64,000 nt of DNA from an uncultured delta proteobacterium (GTDB lineage Bacteria > Desulfobacterota > Desulfomonilia > Desulfomonilales > Desulfomonilaceae): the NCBI GenBank assembly GCA_963789265.1, contig CAWBKB010000005.1, positions 64,001 through 128,000 of the forward strand, written 5' to 3'. Below are positions 17,701 through 28,513 of this stretch, piece by piece. A program made the position numbers and the translations under genes. Under the pieces are notes generated by a model. The model was not told the origin of the DNA. It did no database searches and was given only the letters and a program-made list of their open reading frames with translations. The number at the start of each line of letters is the position of its first letter. The first letter of the stretch is position 1.

Positions 17701-20700
17701 CTACGTCCGCCGCAAGACCGGCAGGGCCACCCAGAACCAACACTTCCTCGGCTTCCGGCAGGGGCACTTCTTGAAGTGCGGGCAAGGCCACAAGCCTTGC
17801 TTCAAATAGTCGCACCTCTTCTTCAACGTTAGGAGTCTTCTCAACCCGGCTCTCCAGCGGTTGTTGGGCAGCCGAGGACGACGCCTTTCGGCGCTTCTCC
17901 TGAACAAAGCCGATAATGTGCTTTATCGTCGGAAAATCAGCAATCTTCAGACCTTCGATTCGCGGGATGTTGAAGGCATCTCTGACTTCGGAGATGAATT
18001 CAGCCTGTTTAACAGTATCAATACCCAGATCTGCTTCCAAATCGAGATCCGTATCCAGCATATCCGGCGGGTAACCGGTCTTGGCCGAGAGGAGCGCGAG
18101 GATCTTTTCTCTCACCTCATCCTCACCGTCCGCGACCGGGATTGTCATCTCCTTCGATCCGACATCTGCCCCGCGCGCGGTCTCGGTCACCGAAACTTTG
18201 ACGGTTTGTGCGCGAACAAAATCGATTATGTGCTCTATGGTCGGAAATTCAGCAATCTTAAGTCCCTCTATGCGCGGGATATTGAACGCTTCCCTCACTT
18301 CGGAGATGAATTCCGCTTGCTTTACTGTGTCGATACCCAGATCAGCCTCTAAATCCAAGCCGGTGTCCAGCATGTCCGCGGGATAACCGGTCTTATCTGA
18401 TAGCAAGGCCAGAATTTTTAAGCGAATTTCCTCAGCTCCTCCGGCCGCCTTTGCCGCAACCGGCAAGCTTTCAGGCTCGGATTGATCCCGTTCCTCGGCC
18501 GAAGGTGTGTGTCGGGCAACGGCCTGGCCGACCGAACGCTCGGTCATTCTCAGGGTTCGCTGCTCTATCGAGGCTACGGGGTCGGCGTACCCGCTGATAT
18601 CCTTCAGCCAGCTTCGATGGGCATGAAGATCCGTGATGCGGTTTTCTTCACGACTCACAACTTTGTATAGTGCCATAACAATTTGCGAACCGAACCCCGC
18701 GGCCAATCTGAGAGCGTAATTTGCCTCGCACTTCCCGCCTCGGCTCAGATTAAGGTCCGCAAACTCTGGATCCGGCTGCCTTAGATTCGGAATGGGGGGC
18801 ATCATGCCCTTCTGGAGGCAGCGCAGGGCTACAACGTCCTCGACGCCCACTCCCATAGTGTGTCCCGTGAATCCCTTGGTGTTGGCTATTGGGATCTGCC
18901 GAGCCTGGTCGCCGAAAGTTTTCCGCAGAGCGCGAACTTCTGCCGCCGAACTCCCACCTCGCTTGGGCGAATACGTTTCGTGGGACATGAAAAGAACATC
19001 CCGTGCAAGGTCATGCCGAGAAATGCCGGACTGCTCCTCCCATTTAGCTATCATAGTTTCCATAACGGAACTGATATGGTCTACATCCAAGCGGGTACCA
19101 TGAAATCCGCTGTTGGCTACCACTCCGGTCTCGATCGTAGCTATGGCCTCCATGCCCCTCTTTTTGACAAGGTCCTGATTTTCCAAAACTATGCCCACTG
19201 CGGCGGAGCCCAGGATCAAACCGTGGCGCCGATCGTCGAAAGGTAGAGCGGCTTCACTAACATTGCCGTTGGTTGTAGCTGCGCCGACAGCCAGGAACCC
19301 GGAGCCCACCCAAGGGAACAGTGTCTGCCCCGCGACATCGTCCGCGGCAATGACGATAACTCTTTTGGCCTGACCGGTGCGGATCCAGTCACGCGCCAAA
19401 AGTATTGCTTGGGTTGTCCCCGCGCAGGCTGCGTCGACGTGGGTGTTCGGTCCCTGAGCTTTGATGAGTTGCGCGAACTGGCCGTGCGCCATGCTGACAA
19501 CGCGAAGGAGAAAATCCCTGTTGAAAGTGTAAAGTTCTTCCGATCCGGCCAGATTCAGGCGGCCGAATTCTTCTGTGAACCACGCAGTGATTCGTTCTCT
19601 TTCGCCGTCGTCTCTGATATTGGCCACAAGCCCCGTATAAAACTCAATAAGTCGTTTCTTGGCCCCTGAGCCGTATCGGCTCGCAGCTTCCCTGGTCACT
19701 TCGTCTATGAGGGATGCCATCCCCGGAAACGCCGAGGCAAAAATAATCCCCGTTTCCCTTCGCAAAGAGGGCGGCAGTGCCCAGGAATCCGGCAATTCGC
19801 GCCCCGTGCTGGTGGTGCGAATCTGACGGATTAGAGGAATTCCAGCTCCTCTGAGAGCCTCGAGACCGGCGGCAATGGCCAGGCGGGTTGTTACGTCCAT
19901 TGACCTTATCAATCGCTCATCCAGGCCGTACTCCTCTATGATCTCTTCATCATTGAAAAAACCTGCCAATTTGATGACGTCGGAAAGGTCCTCCACCATC
20001 TGGGTTTCAACTTCACCGGAGGGCCCCTTCAACAAGCGTTCCACGTTCTTTTCCAGCATTCTGCGGCGCCCGTGCTCCGATATCTTCTTAATAAAGTTCC
20101 GGCCAAGTATGAGGTCTTCCAGAGTTTCCCTATCAAACGGGAACCGCACATCACTGGGAAGCCCGGCTGCCATGCCGCTCACGGCCACCGGAGAGAAATC
20201 CATGCCCTCGGATTCGACCTGCTTTGCGGTTTGGTCCAGCGGGAGCACATGTTTTAAAAATGATTGAAATCCTGATTTGATGAGCTGCCGGATCGGCTCA
20301 CCCTGGATTTCCAGGAATCGCTTGAACTCCCGCCGAGAGGTGATTTCTCTTATCTCCGGATCCAGAAGCCCTTCCAGTGGATCAGCCTCTTTCGGTTGAG
20401 CAGTTTGGATTTGCTGCGTAACTGGCTGAGAAGCCGGTCTCACTACTCTCAGCTCGGCCTTTTCGCGACGAGCCTCAGGTTTTGAGGATTCCATCGGACT
20501 GTCCGCCCCGACAAAATCCACGTCGACACCTTCCGCGGCCAATGCAGCCAGAGTCTCCATGAGTTGCAGCATGCCGCTCTTCTTCGGGTGGTTGGTGGGC
20601 AGCGCCATAACGTCGTGTGAAAGAGTGTCCAGCGTCAGATTCGTCATCACTCGTTTGGGCCCGCACTCCAGGAAAATCCTGATCCCTTCACTGTAGAGGC

Positions 20701-23700
20701 GTCTTAACGTTTTCACCCACTCCACAGGAGCCGCAAACTGTTTGCCTAGGAGGTTCGCGAATCCGGTTGGGGGCAGCAGGGCCAACCGGGTAAAAATCTC
20801 CGGTCACATTGGAGAGCACCGGAACAGAAGGAGGATTCACAGTGAGTCTTTCCAGGGTCTTCATGAAAGGTTCTCGCGTGGGAGCCACTACCCCGGAATG
20901 GAACGCGGCCGACACCGGGAGGATGGTCCCCTCCATCCCTCTGGCTTTGAAAAGCTCGCCAGCCCTTTGTACAGCAAGGGTCTCGCCGGAAATCACTGTC
21001 TGCTTGGGCGAGTTTTTATTCGCCGCGACCACGTATCCGTCAACCTCCGCTAGTACCTCTTCTACCACCCGCGCATCGGCAGGTACGCTCATCATCAGAC
21101 CCGGATCTGCGATGCTTACTCGGGCCATTTCACGCCCGCGAACCGCCACAGCTTCGACCGCATCGCGAAAGAAAAAACACCAGCCGCTACGCAGGCCGAA
21201 TATTCTCCGAGCGAATGGCCCGCGCATGCCGCCGGCTTCACCCCCATCAAGGATAAGAGTCTGAAGATTGCAGTGTTAGCGGTCAGAATCATCGGCTGAA
21301 GGAGTTGAGTATCCTTCATTGCATCTGCCTGACGGTTTGCGACTTCGCTGCTGTTGCCGTCGGCAAGAAACACAACAGAGGTAACTGTAGGGAGGCCAAG
21401 AGAGGACAAGATTTCGTCCGCTTCCTGGAAGGTCTGCGCAACCACGGGGAAGCGTTCTGCCAGGTCTCGAAGCATGTATGGATACTGCGAGCCCTGACCG
21501 GGGAAGAGGAAAGCCACACCATCTCGGACCCGGCTCGGACGGCCCTGGCAAAGGTGCATGCCCCTGGCGGGGAAAGCCGCTTGTTTACCGGGATCAACAA
21601 GTCCATCGCGCAAAAGTGAAAGCTTCTTGGAGGCCGATTCCGCATCTTGAGTCGCAAACCCGCAGCGGAGGTCCAATTGGCCTGCCTCTTCTCTGCAACG
21701 AGCCGCTAATGCCGCTGTATTTTCTGAGGTTAACTCCTGGAGGAGGCGTTCGACCTTGCCGATTAGATCCCCGGGGTCCGTTCCGCCGATAACCCACGCG
21801 TCGCCCTGAATTTGCATTCCCGGAAGACGAGGCCAGTCAGGGGGTCTAAATTCAATTGCGGCTTCGGTCTTCTTTTTGCCGGCAACAAGGCGAAGGCCGG
21901 GGACGTGCTCCTGGACGATTACGTGAAAATTAGTTCCGCCAAACCCGAACGCGCTGACCCCGGCTCTTCGAACGGACCCGTTGTCGGCTTTCCAGGAACG
22001 TGCTTCGGTCAAAAGAAAAAGAGGAGACGATTCCCACTCTATGCATGGATTCGGCCGTCGCACATTAATGGTGGGCGGCAATGTACGATGATACAGACTG
22101 AGGATCGCCTTTATCATCCCGGCAGCGCCCGCGGCGGCCTTGAGATGGCCTATCTGAGATTTTACGGACCCGATGCCGACTGACGCCCGAGGGATTCCAG
22201 CCGCCCTTAGCAAGCGATCCAGAACTGTCAGTTCGGTTGTGTCCCCAACCGGCGTAGAAGTCCCGTGGGCTTCAATGAGACCAATCGATCCGGGATCAAT
22301 CCGGGAAGCATTCAGGCATGCCCGCACAGCACGTTCCTGCCCGGCTGCATTGGGCGCGGTTATCCCCTTGCCCTTTCCGTCTGAAGAGGAACCGATTTCC
22401 AGGATTGTTCCGTAGATCCTGTCGCCGTCCCGAAGAGCGTCGGAAACTCGCTTCAGAATCATGATCCCCGCGCCTTCACCCATGACAAAGCCATTGGCCG
22501 ACTCGTCAAAGGGCCGGCTACCGTCAGGCGACAGCGCGCCTACCTTGCAAAACTTGATGAAGGACGAAGGGTGCATGGCAGCGTCCACGCCCCCGGTAAC
22601 AGCGTAGTCTATGCTCCCTTCACGCAACGCGGCCATCGCGTTCATGGCCGCGGCCATGGAAGATGCACAGGCAGCGTCAACTGTAAAGTTAGGGCCCTCC
22701 AGATTAAACACGTTGGCCACGCGGCCTGAAATGATGTTGGCCAACTCCCCGGGAAGTGAATCTTCTGTGATTTCGGGGAGGTTTTCGAGATAACGGGAAC
22801 GGAATTCGTTCACTAGATCTTTCTTGACACTCGCGTCCAGATTCAACGAACTGAGGGCTTCCTCGAGGCATGACACAGATCGCGGCAGGCTTACACGCTC
22901 CGCGTATCTGTCAGTGGTATCTCCCCCCATACTGTTCCCCAGGATCACCCCTACTCTTTTGCCCCTCAACTGTTCCGAGGAGAGACCGGCATCCTGCAAC
23001 GCATCTGCCACGCAGGTCACTGCCATTTGCTGGGTCCGATCCATCTTCCGGGCGACTGCGGGGGGAATACGATATTTGAGCGGTTCAAATGCGAAATCCC
23101 GGATGAACCCGCCTATCTGTGTGTAACTCTTGTCAGGGGCTTTGGGATCGGGATCGTAGTAAAAATGCAGGTTTCCCCATCGTTCTTCAGGAACCGGTCC
23201 TATTCCACTTCTTCCGCTCACAATCTGTTCCCAAAAAGAATTAGGAGAATCTGAACCAGGGAAGCGCAATCCTATACCGATAACTGCAATGGGCTCTTTT
23301 TCGTAGCTAATCTCGACTGGCAGCTCCTTATGCGGCGTCTCATCACTCAGTTCGTCTTCGGCCCTGTGTGAATCCGACATTTCCTCGAAAAGACGTCTCC
23401 CCTCCTCAATGATTTCCTCGTGAAGTTTCTCGATCCTGCGGGGAGTCTCAAGAAGAGAGACTACTTGTCCCATCAAGTAGAGGCCTCGGTCCAACTGCTC
23501 TTCAGGGGGCAAGTCGCAAAATACCGGGCAGTCGAAGGTGGCAGTTTCAGGATCAATCGCGCATCCCTTTGAAGCAAGCCTGAGTGCGCCCAGGTTATCC
23601 TTTTCGTACAGCTCTTTGCGCTCGCGCAAAGAGACGCACGCTCGGAGGCGCTCTTGCTCCCTTTCAATTAGCTTCGAGGCCATTGGAGAGCCCGCCGCGC

Positions 23701-25388
23701 GTGCCTTGGTGTTCACCGTGCGGCCTATAACCACCGTGCGGTCGCTCTGCAAGGTGAGTTTTTGATAGGTGGGTGTGATAGCGCAGGTGGCAACTGCTTC
23801 TTCGGTGGCAAGATAAGCAGTCCCCATCTGGAGACCGACATTGAGACCTTTTTCCACAAGGTCTCCCACCATGCCCGCCACGAAGGCGGCTGCTCGACCG
23901 GTGGCTATTCCTCCTGCAAAAAGGACCCGTACTTCGTCCAGATCAATGCCATTTGCGGCAGCGGATTCCAGTTCGTTAAGATTCGCGCTCCAGAGGTTCA
24001 AGCTTCCTAACGTGCCTATGTGCCCACCTGATTCGCACCCTTCGAACACAAACCGCCTATGGCCTGCCCGAAGCGCTTCTCCTAGTATCGCTGGGGAGGG
24101 GCAGTGCAAGTAACAAGCGGTGCCCATGGCCTCTATTGATTTAGCGAGATCTATGCTCCCTGCGGCGAGAATGGCAAATGCAGGAGGGTCCTCTCTCATT
24201 ATCTCCAGATGAGCCTCGTAGCAATGCCTGTTCACTTCCAGTCCTATAAGACCTACGCCGAACCTGCCTCCGGTCTTTTCTCCGGCAAGACCAATGCCCT
24301 CTCGCGCGATTGGGCCCGGCATGTTACCCATGGCAAGAAAAGGCAAGGCCCCTCCCGCGGCGACCGCGGCGAGAAAGTCGGGATTGTCGCTCACATGGGC
24401 CATAGGACCTTGAACTATCGGGAAACGAGTCCCGTGGTCGCCACAAAGTGAAGAACCTTCATGGAACGGCCACGTATTGCCAAATCCGGCCATTGCCCGT
24501 CCAAAAGCCGCGACAATCGCGCCGGCACTCCCGTGTTGAGCAGCCAACTCTTTGGCGGTTCCGATGTCTTCGGACATGGGCAACAGGATCTCGGCTGAAT
24601 CCGGCGACGCCCCGCGACCGCGGAGCGCGTTGCACAGACGCTCCCGATAGGAATCCAAGTCCTGACCTGACACGGAATCCTCGAGCTTCTTCAGTTCACG
24701 CACCATGCGAGTGCCGGCTCGGGAGTAGACTCGCAAGGGAGTAGCTGTCCCCTCTGCCAGCGTAACGGTAGTGGGTAGCCCCAATGAGCTGAGAAAATCA
24801 CGAAGCGAGGGATCGACGTGCGAGCCGTTCGTGAGCAATAGATGAATGTCCAAAACAACGCCTGTAGCCCCCGCGGCCCTGACACCCGCCGCAGTTCGAA
24901 GACTCACGCCCCCTTGGAGAAAGAGCGGCAGATCACAGATCGAACGGATTTCCTGAAGAAGAAACCAGCCCGCTGGTGTCGCTTACCCAACCCGGGCCTT
25001 CATTTCCGCGCGCAATAAGACCGGCAGCCCCGGCCCTTTCCGCGGCCAATGCCTGGTTTGCGCTGCCAACCTCTACCGCAACTGGTCTAGGCACGGACTT
25101 AAGGGCCGCAGGTTCGAGCGAAGCAACTTTCTCGGCTTCTTCAAAGGGAAGCAGAAGCAGTTTAACTTGTTCATCCGAAGCGAATCGTTCCAAATCTTCC
25201 ATGAAAACCCGTGCGCCGTGGGGAATGCCGGGCGACACAGTAAACTGGGCGGGACCTCCAGTCACGTGATCGACAATTCCCAATCCTCCCGAGCTGGAAA
25301 TCGCCTCCACAAGACCCGGATGAGAGTTAATTGCCGGGTTGACGTAAAGTACAGGTATCTTCAAATCAAATGGCAGCCGTAATTTCAT
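14725..25388 (-). CDS. Giant iterative type I FAS/PKS (ER'-ER-KS-AT-KS-ACP-ACP-KR-DH-PPTase), interrupted by four single-base indels
   Basis: ORF pieces 25388-24933, 24907-21116, 21227-20688, 20785-15527 and 15576-14725 join into one frame. Motifs: EGCESGGHIG (FabK/PfaD-like ER); DAACASS/HGTST/GHLK (KS1); GQGSQ/GHSLG/AFHS (AT); DAACAG/SHET/GHTM (KS2); LGIDTVK x2 (ACP); GGARGI/YSAAN (KR); HRIDRAAVLP (DH); SLSH/GVDLE/WCLKEAALKA (Sfp-type PPTase). Confidence 0.85.
17900..18440 (-). repeat. Tandem duplicated ACP domains within the synthase (boundaries approximate)
   Basis: Two near-identical segments KILALLS.KTGYP.DMLDT.LDLEADLGIDTVKQAEFISEVR.AFNIPRIEGLKIA.FPTI.HII.FV. Confidence 0.9.
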
Positions 25389-26344
25389 GAGATCACCTTT
25401 AATGCGCTAAATTTGTTCGCCTGATCAGGGGGAACCACGAAGCCGTAAAACAAAACCTCTTTCACTGTTTCAACTTCATTCAGAAGAGATCCTTCCGCAC
25501 CTTCGTGCAGCCACTTCTGGATCACTCCGTTAAGAAAACCTATGATGCCGAAAAAAACGGTGAAGTAGTTCATCTGCTTGAGATGACCCTTCCGGGAAGC
25601 TTTCCAGCAGCGCCTTTTCAGAGCAGGTAGGGCAAGAATGAGTTCGTTGATAAATTTCTCCGAGAACTCCCGGCCGAAATCTTTGTGTTCTTGGATGATG
25701 ACTTTGAAAAAAGCCGAGTTCGTTTCGAAGAAGCTAAGATAATTCTTTATAACGCTCTCCAGGAACTTCAGAACATCGTCTTCACGGCTCAAGTCCTGCC
25801 GCACATGGTCCACAAATTCACTCATGGTGTCTTCTTTGAGGGCATTGAAGAGAGCTTCTTTAGTATTGAAGTAGCGGTAGACGGTTCCTTTAGCGATGCC
25901 GGCCCTTTCGGCGATGGAATCGATTGTGGACGCGTGGTACCCCTTGTCGGAGAATTCATCGAGCGCGGACTGGAGTATCCTGGACCGAGCGTCTTTCTGT
26001 TTCTTTCGCTTTGAACTTTCACTATTCAAGGGCCTACGAAGGCTCTGGAAAAGCAGATCCTCGAGTATGTTTTGTCGCGGAACACCCGCGGTATCGGCCA
26101 CAGTCAGGACACTACGGTAGAATTCCCTTACCAGAGGGTCAGAATAAATTGGAGAGACTGCTAATGCCTGTGTGGATTTCTCCACGAAGTAGAGTATAAT
26201 TTCTTCGGGCGTCAAATCCGACTGGTCACTCTTGGCGAGTTCCGTTTCCAATATTCGGATGAGTTGAGGCACCGCGAAGGTGTCTTTATGGACCTTGGTC
26301 TTAAATACGACATCGCGAACGTCTTTTTCGAGGTTTGATTTCAC
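25385..26344 (-). CDS. TetR/AcrR family regulator with an N-terminal extension
   Basis: HTH ILQSALDEFSDKGYHASTIDSIAERAGIAKGTVYRYFNTKEAL starts about 120 aa in; GTG start with GGAGA RBS; stop overlaps the synthase ATG (ATGA). Confidence 0.88.
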   Translation of the reverse strand: MKSNLEKDVRDVVFKTKVHKDTFAVPQLIRILETELAKSDQSDLTPEEIILYFVEKSTQALAVSPIYSDPLVREFYRSVLTVADTAGVPRQNILEDLLFQSLRRPLNSESSKRKKQKDARSRILQSALDEFSDKGYHASTIDSIAERAGIAKGTVYRYFNTKEALFNALKEDTMSEFVDHVRQDLSREDDVLKFLESVIKNYLSFFETNSAFFKVIIQEHKDFGREFSEKFINELILALPALKRRCWKASRKGHLKQMNYFTVFFGIIGFLNGVIQKWLHEGAEGSLLNEVETVKEVLFYGFVVPPDQANKFSALKVIS

Positions 26345-26367
26345 GGGAGTTCTCCAGAAAAACACAA

Positions 26368-26442
26368 TGGTCAGTCAGAGGAATCAATGACTGACCAGTA
26401 AGTCATACTTTCTATTTACCGGACACGTACGGTGTCTGTCAA
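26368..26442 (-). promoter_or_regulatory. Operator palindromes and -35 box upstream of the tetR-synthase operon
   Basis: TGGTCAGTCA-N10-TGACTGACCA (26368-26397); ATGACT-N8-AGTCAT (26387-26406); GACAC-N5-GTGTC (26422-26436); TTGACA on the minus strand at 26437-26442. Confidence 0.65.
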
Positions 26443-26492
26443 GACCTTTTACTACCGTAATCGCGGTCCGTGCGAAAGATGAAGCTCGGGGC

Positions 26493-26954
26493 TTAGACCT
26501 TAGATCTCTTGCAGGTCATGGTCTCGATCTGAATTTTGATTATCGCGGCCAGTTCAAGGGGGCGGGGTTCATATTCATGCGGGGATATTCCTGAATAATG
26601 TTCCATGATTATGTTGAGCGCTTTCATCTTCACTGCCTGATCGTCAACTATCGAGGCTTTGCCGAATCCGATTACGCTTCTATACTTCATACACCATTTG
26701 CAAGCGACTTCTGCTCGCACGGGCTCCACATCGACATCCACTTCAAAACAAACATTGTTGTTGCGTCTGACGATTTCTATCTTGCGTCCCTCGCGGGATG
26801 AATGAACATAAATGCAGCCGCCTTTGTAACCGAAACAAACCGGTACAACATACGGCATATTGCCGTCGGATAGACCGATTCTGCAAACCAGGGCTTTCCG
26901 CAGTACGGCTTCAATGGTCTCTTTGTCGGTGATTTCCTGCTCGTGTTTTCTCAT
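26493..26954 (-). CDS. Pyridoxamine 5'-phosphate oxidase-like / NimA-like flavin-binding protein
   Basis: PYVVPVCFGY, IYVHS..EGRK, NNNVCFEV and YRSVIGFG motifs. Confidence 0.85.
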   Translation of the reverse strand: MRKHEQEITDKETIEAVLRKALVCRIGLSDGNMPYVVPVCFGYKGGCIYVHSSREGRKIEIVRRNNNVCFEVDVDVEPVRAEVACKWCMKYRSVIGFGKASIVDDQAVKMKALNIIMEHYSGISPHEYEPRPLELAAIIKIQIETMTCKRSKV

Positions 26955-27095
26955 CGATCACCCGGCATTTTGCGAATGGTTGTGGTTTTCCATGCATCCA
27001 AGATGCGGACGTTATCAGATTTCCTGTTCTCTGTCCAATTGACGACGTCCGGATGGGCGCTAATCACCTGGTTACGCGGGAAATGGCCGCTAATG

Positions 27096-27186
27096 TGTCA
27101 TTGCGAGGAGTGAAAGGACGAAGCAATCTGGGTTCTAACGGGGCAGAGATTGCTTCGTCCCGCGAGACGCGGGACTCGCAATGACA
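27096..27186. repeat. Palindromic intergenic repeat (GTCATTGCGAG family), copy 1
   Basis: TGTCATTGCGAG...GACGAAGCAATCT / AGATTGCTTCGTC...CTCGCAATGACA inverted pair, with an extra inner hairpin TCCCGCG-AGA-CGCGGGA. Confidence 0.8.
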
Positions 27187-27413
27187 ATCTTTCACCGCAC
27201 TGTGACTTAAAGGGCAAGATGGTCCTTTTACAGGGGTAATAAAACCGCCTATTATCCTATCCGGAATATCTCCTAAAACTTTTTGTCACACTGTCAATGT
27301 TAGAATAGTCTAAAGGTTGATAGAGTTTTGAAACGGCCTGGAGCCTGACCAACCAGGTTCCCAGCCTACTACGGTCCGACCTGCTAGGCAGGCCTGTTTC
27401 CACGGAGAAATAA

Positions 27414-28250
27414 GTGCAGATGCAATCAGCAATGGAAGATTTGGTAGATAAGGCTGTGCAAGGAGATCGAGAATCCCTTGAGGAGCTAATCGAAAGGCTT
27501 CAAGACCGGGTTTATGGGTTGGCGATCAGGATGCTCGCTTACCCGGCCGACGCGGAAGATGCGACCCAAGAGATTCTGGTGAAGATCGTCACAAATCTAG
27601 GCAGTTTTCAGAGGGAGAGTTCGTTCACCACTTGGGTTTACCGCATCGCCTCGAATCACTTGCTCACGACTCGCAAGCGCAGAGCCGAGAGGCTGGAGCT
27701 TACTTTCAACCTTTGTGAATCTCTAGTGGACCGAGGGCTTGAGTGTAGCCGCTTCGATAAGTCTCACGAGGCTGAACAGGAGTTGATAGTCAAGGAGATG
27801 ATGATTGCATGTTTGCACGCATTGTTACTTTGTCTGGATCGCAGTCTTCGCATAGCTTTTATTCTTAGCCATGTATTCGGGACAAACAGTGTTGACGGAG
27901 CGTACATCCTCGGCATAACTCCCGCCGGATTTCGAAAGCGCCTCTCAAGGGCCAGAAGTCTCGTCAAGGATTTTATGAGATATAAATGCGGCCTGTTCAA
28001 TTCGGAAAATCCGTGTCGGTGCACTCGGCAGATCTCATTTGCGGAGAAGAGAAGATCAGTGAATCGCGACAAACTGGTTTTTGCAAATCACCCGGCCCGC
28101 AGTGCCAAGGATGTGCCTGACCCCGATCGACTTCAGGAGATGGGTGAACTGAAGAGACTGGCGATAATTTTCCGCAGTTGTCCGGATTACGCAGCGCCCA
28201 AAGGATTGGTGGAAAGCCTGAAAAATGCGCTCGAAACGCGAGCGTTTTAG
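27414..28250 (+). CDS. ECF sigma factor with Cys-rich C-terminal extension
   Basis: Sigma region 2 (DAEDATQEI, FTTWVYRIASN), region 4 (FRKRLSRAR) and a CGLFNSENPCRC extension. Confidence 0.9.
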   Translation: MQMQSAMEDLVDKAVQGDRESLEELIERLQDRVYGLAIRMLAYPADAEDATQEILVKIVTNLGSFQRESSFTTWVYRIASNHLLTTRKRRAERLELTFNLCESLVDRGLECSRFDKSHEAEQELIVKEMMIACLHALLLCLDRSLRIAFILSHVFGTNSVDGAYILGITPAGFRKRLSRARSLVKDFMRYKCGLFNSENPCRCTRQISFAEKRRSVNRDKLVFANHPARSAKDVPDPDRLQEMGELKRLAIIFRSCPDYAAPKGLVESLKNALETRAF

Positions 28251-28335
28251 GCTGTGAAGCGCTGAGACAGCGATCTGCGCACTGATGGAATCGAAAGAAG
28301 CTAAGTAATGATTTTCGTAAGTACGGTCGCGGATA

Positions 28336-28372
28336 TGGGTGCCACTGCTGGGCAAGCCAGCAGTGGCACCCA
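28336..28372. repeat. Perfect 16-bp hairpin (REP-like element or terminator)
   Basis: TGGGTGCCACTGCTGG-GCAAG-CCAGCAGTGGCACCCA. Confidence 0.75.
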
Positions 28373-28513
28373 ACCAGAGGCGATTACCCCCCCACGAGCT
28401 GGTATTTCGTGTAACCGTATTTAGGAATTAGAGTACGAAGGCCAAAATGTAACCGCTGGTTATTCCCGCATGAAGTTGCAGGAACATTAAATCTCGAATG
28501 GAGGAATCGTACA

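Noticed and set aside
21165..21180. Programmed ribosomal frameshift at the T-rich run in the AT domain
   Set aside because: The four shifts have mixed directions and no shared slippery or stimulatory signal, and similar indels occur in unrelated genes. It cannot be fully excluded without reads.
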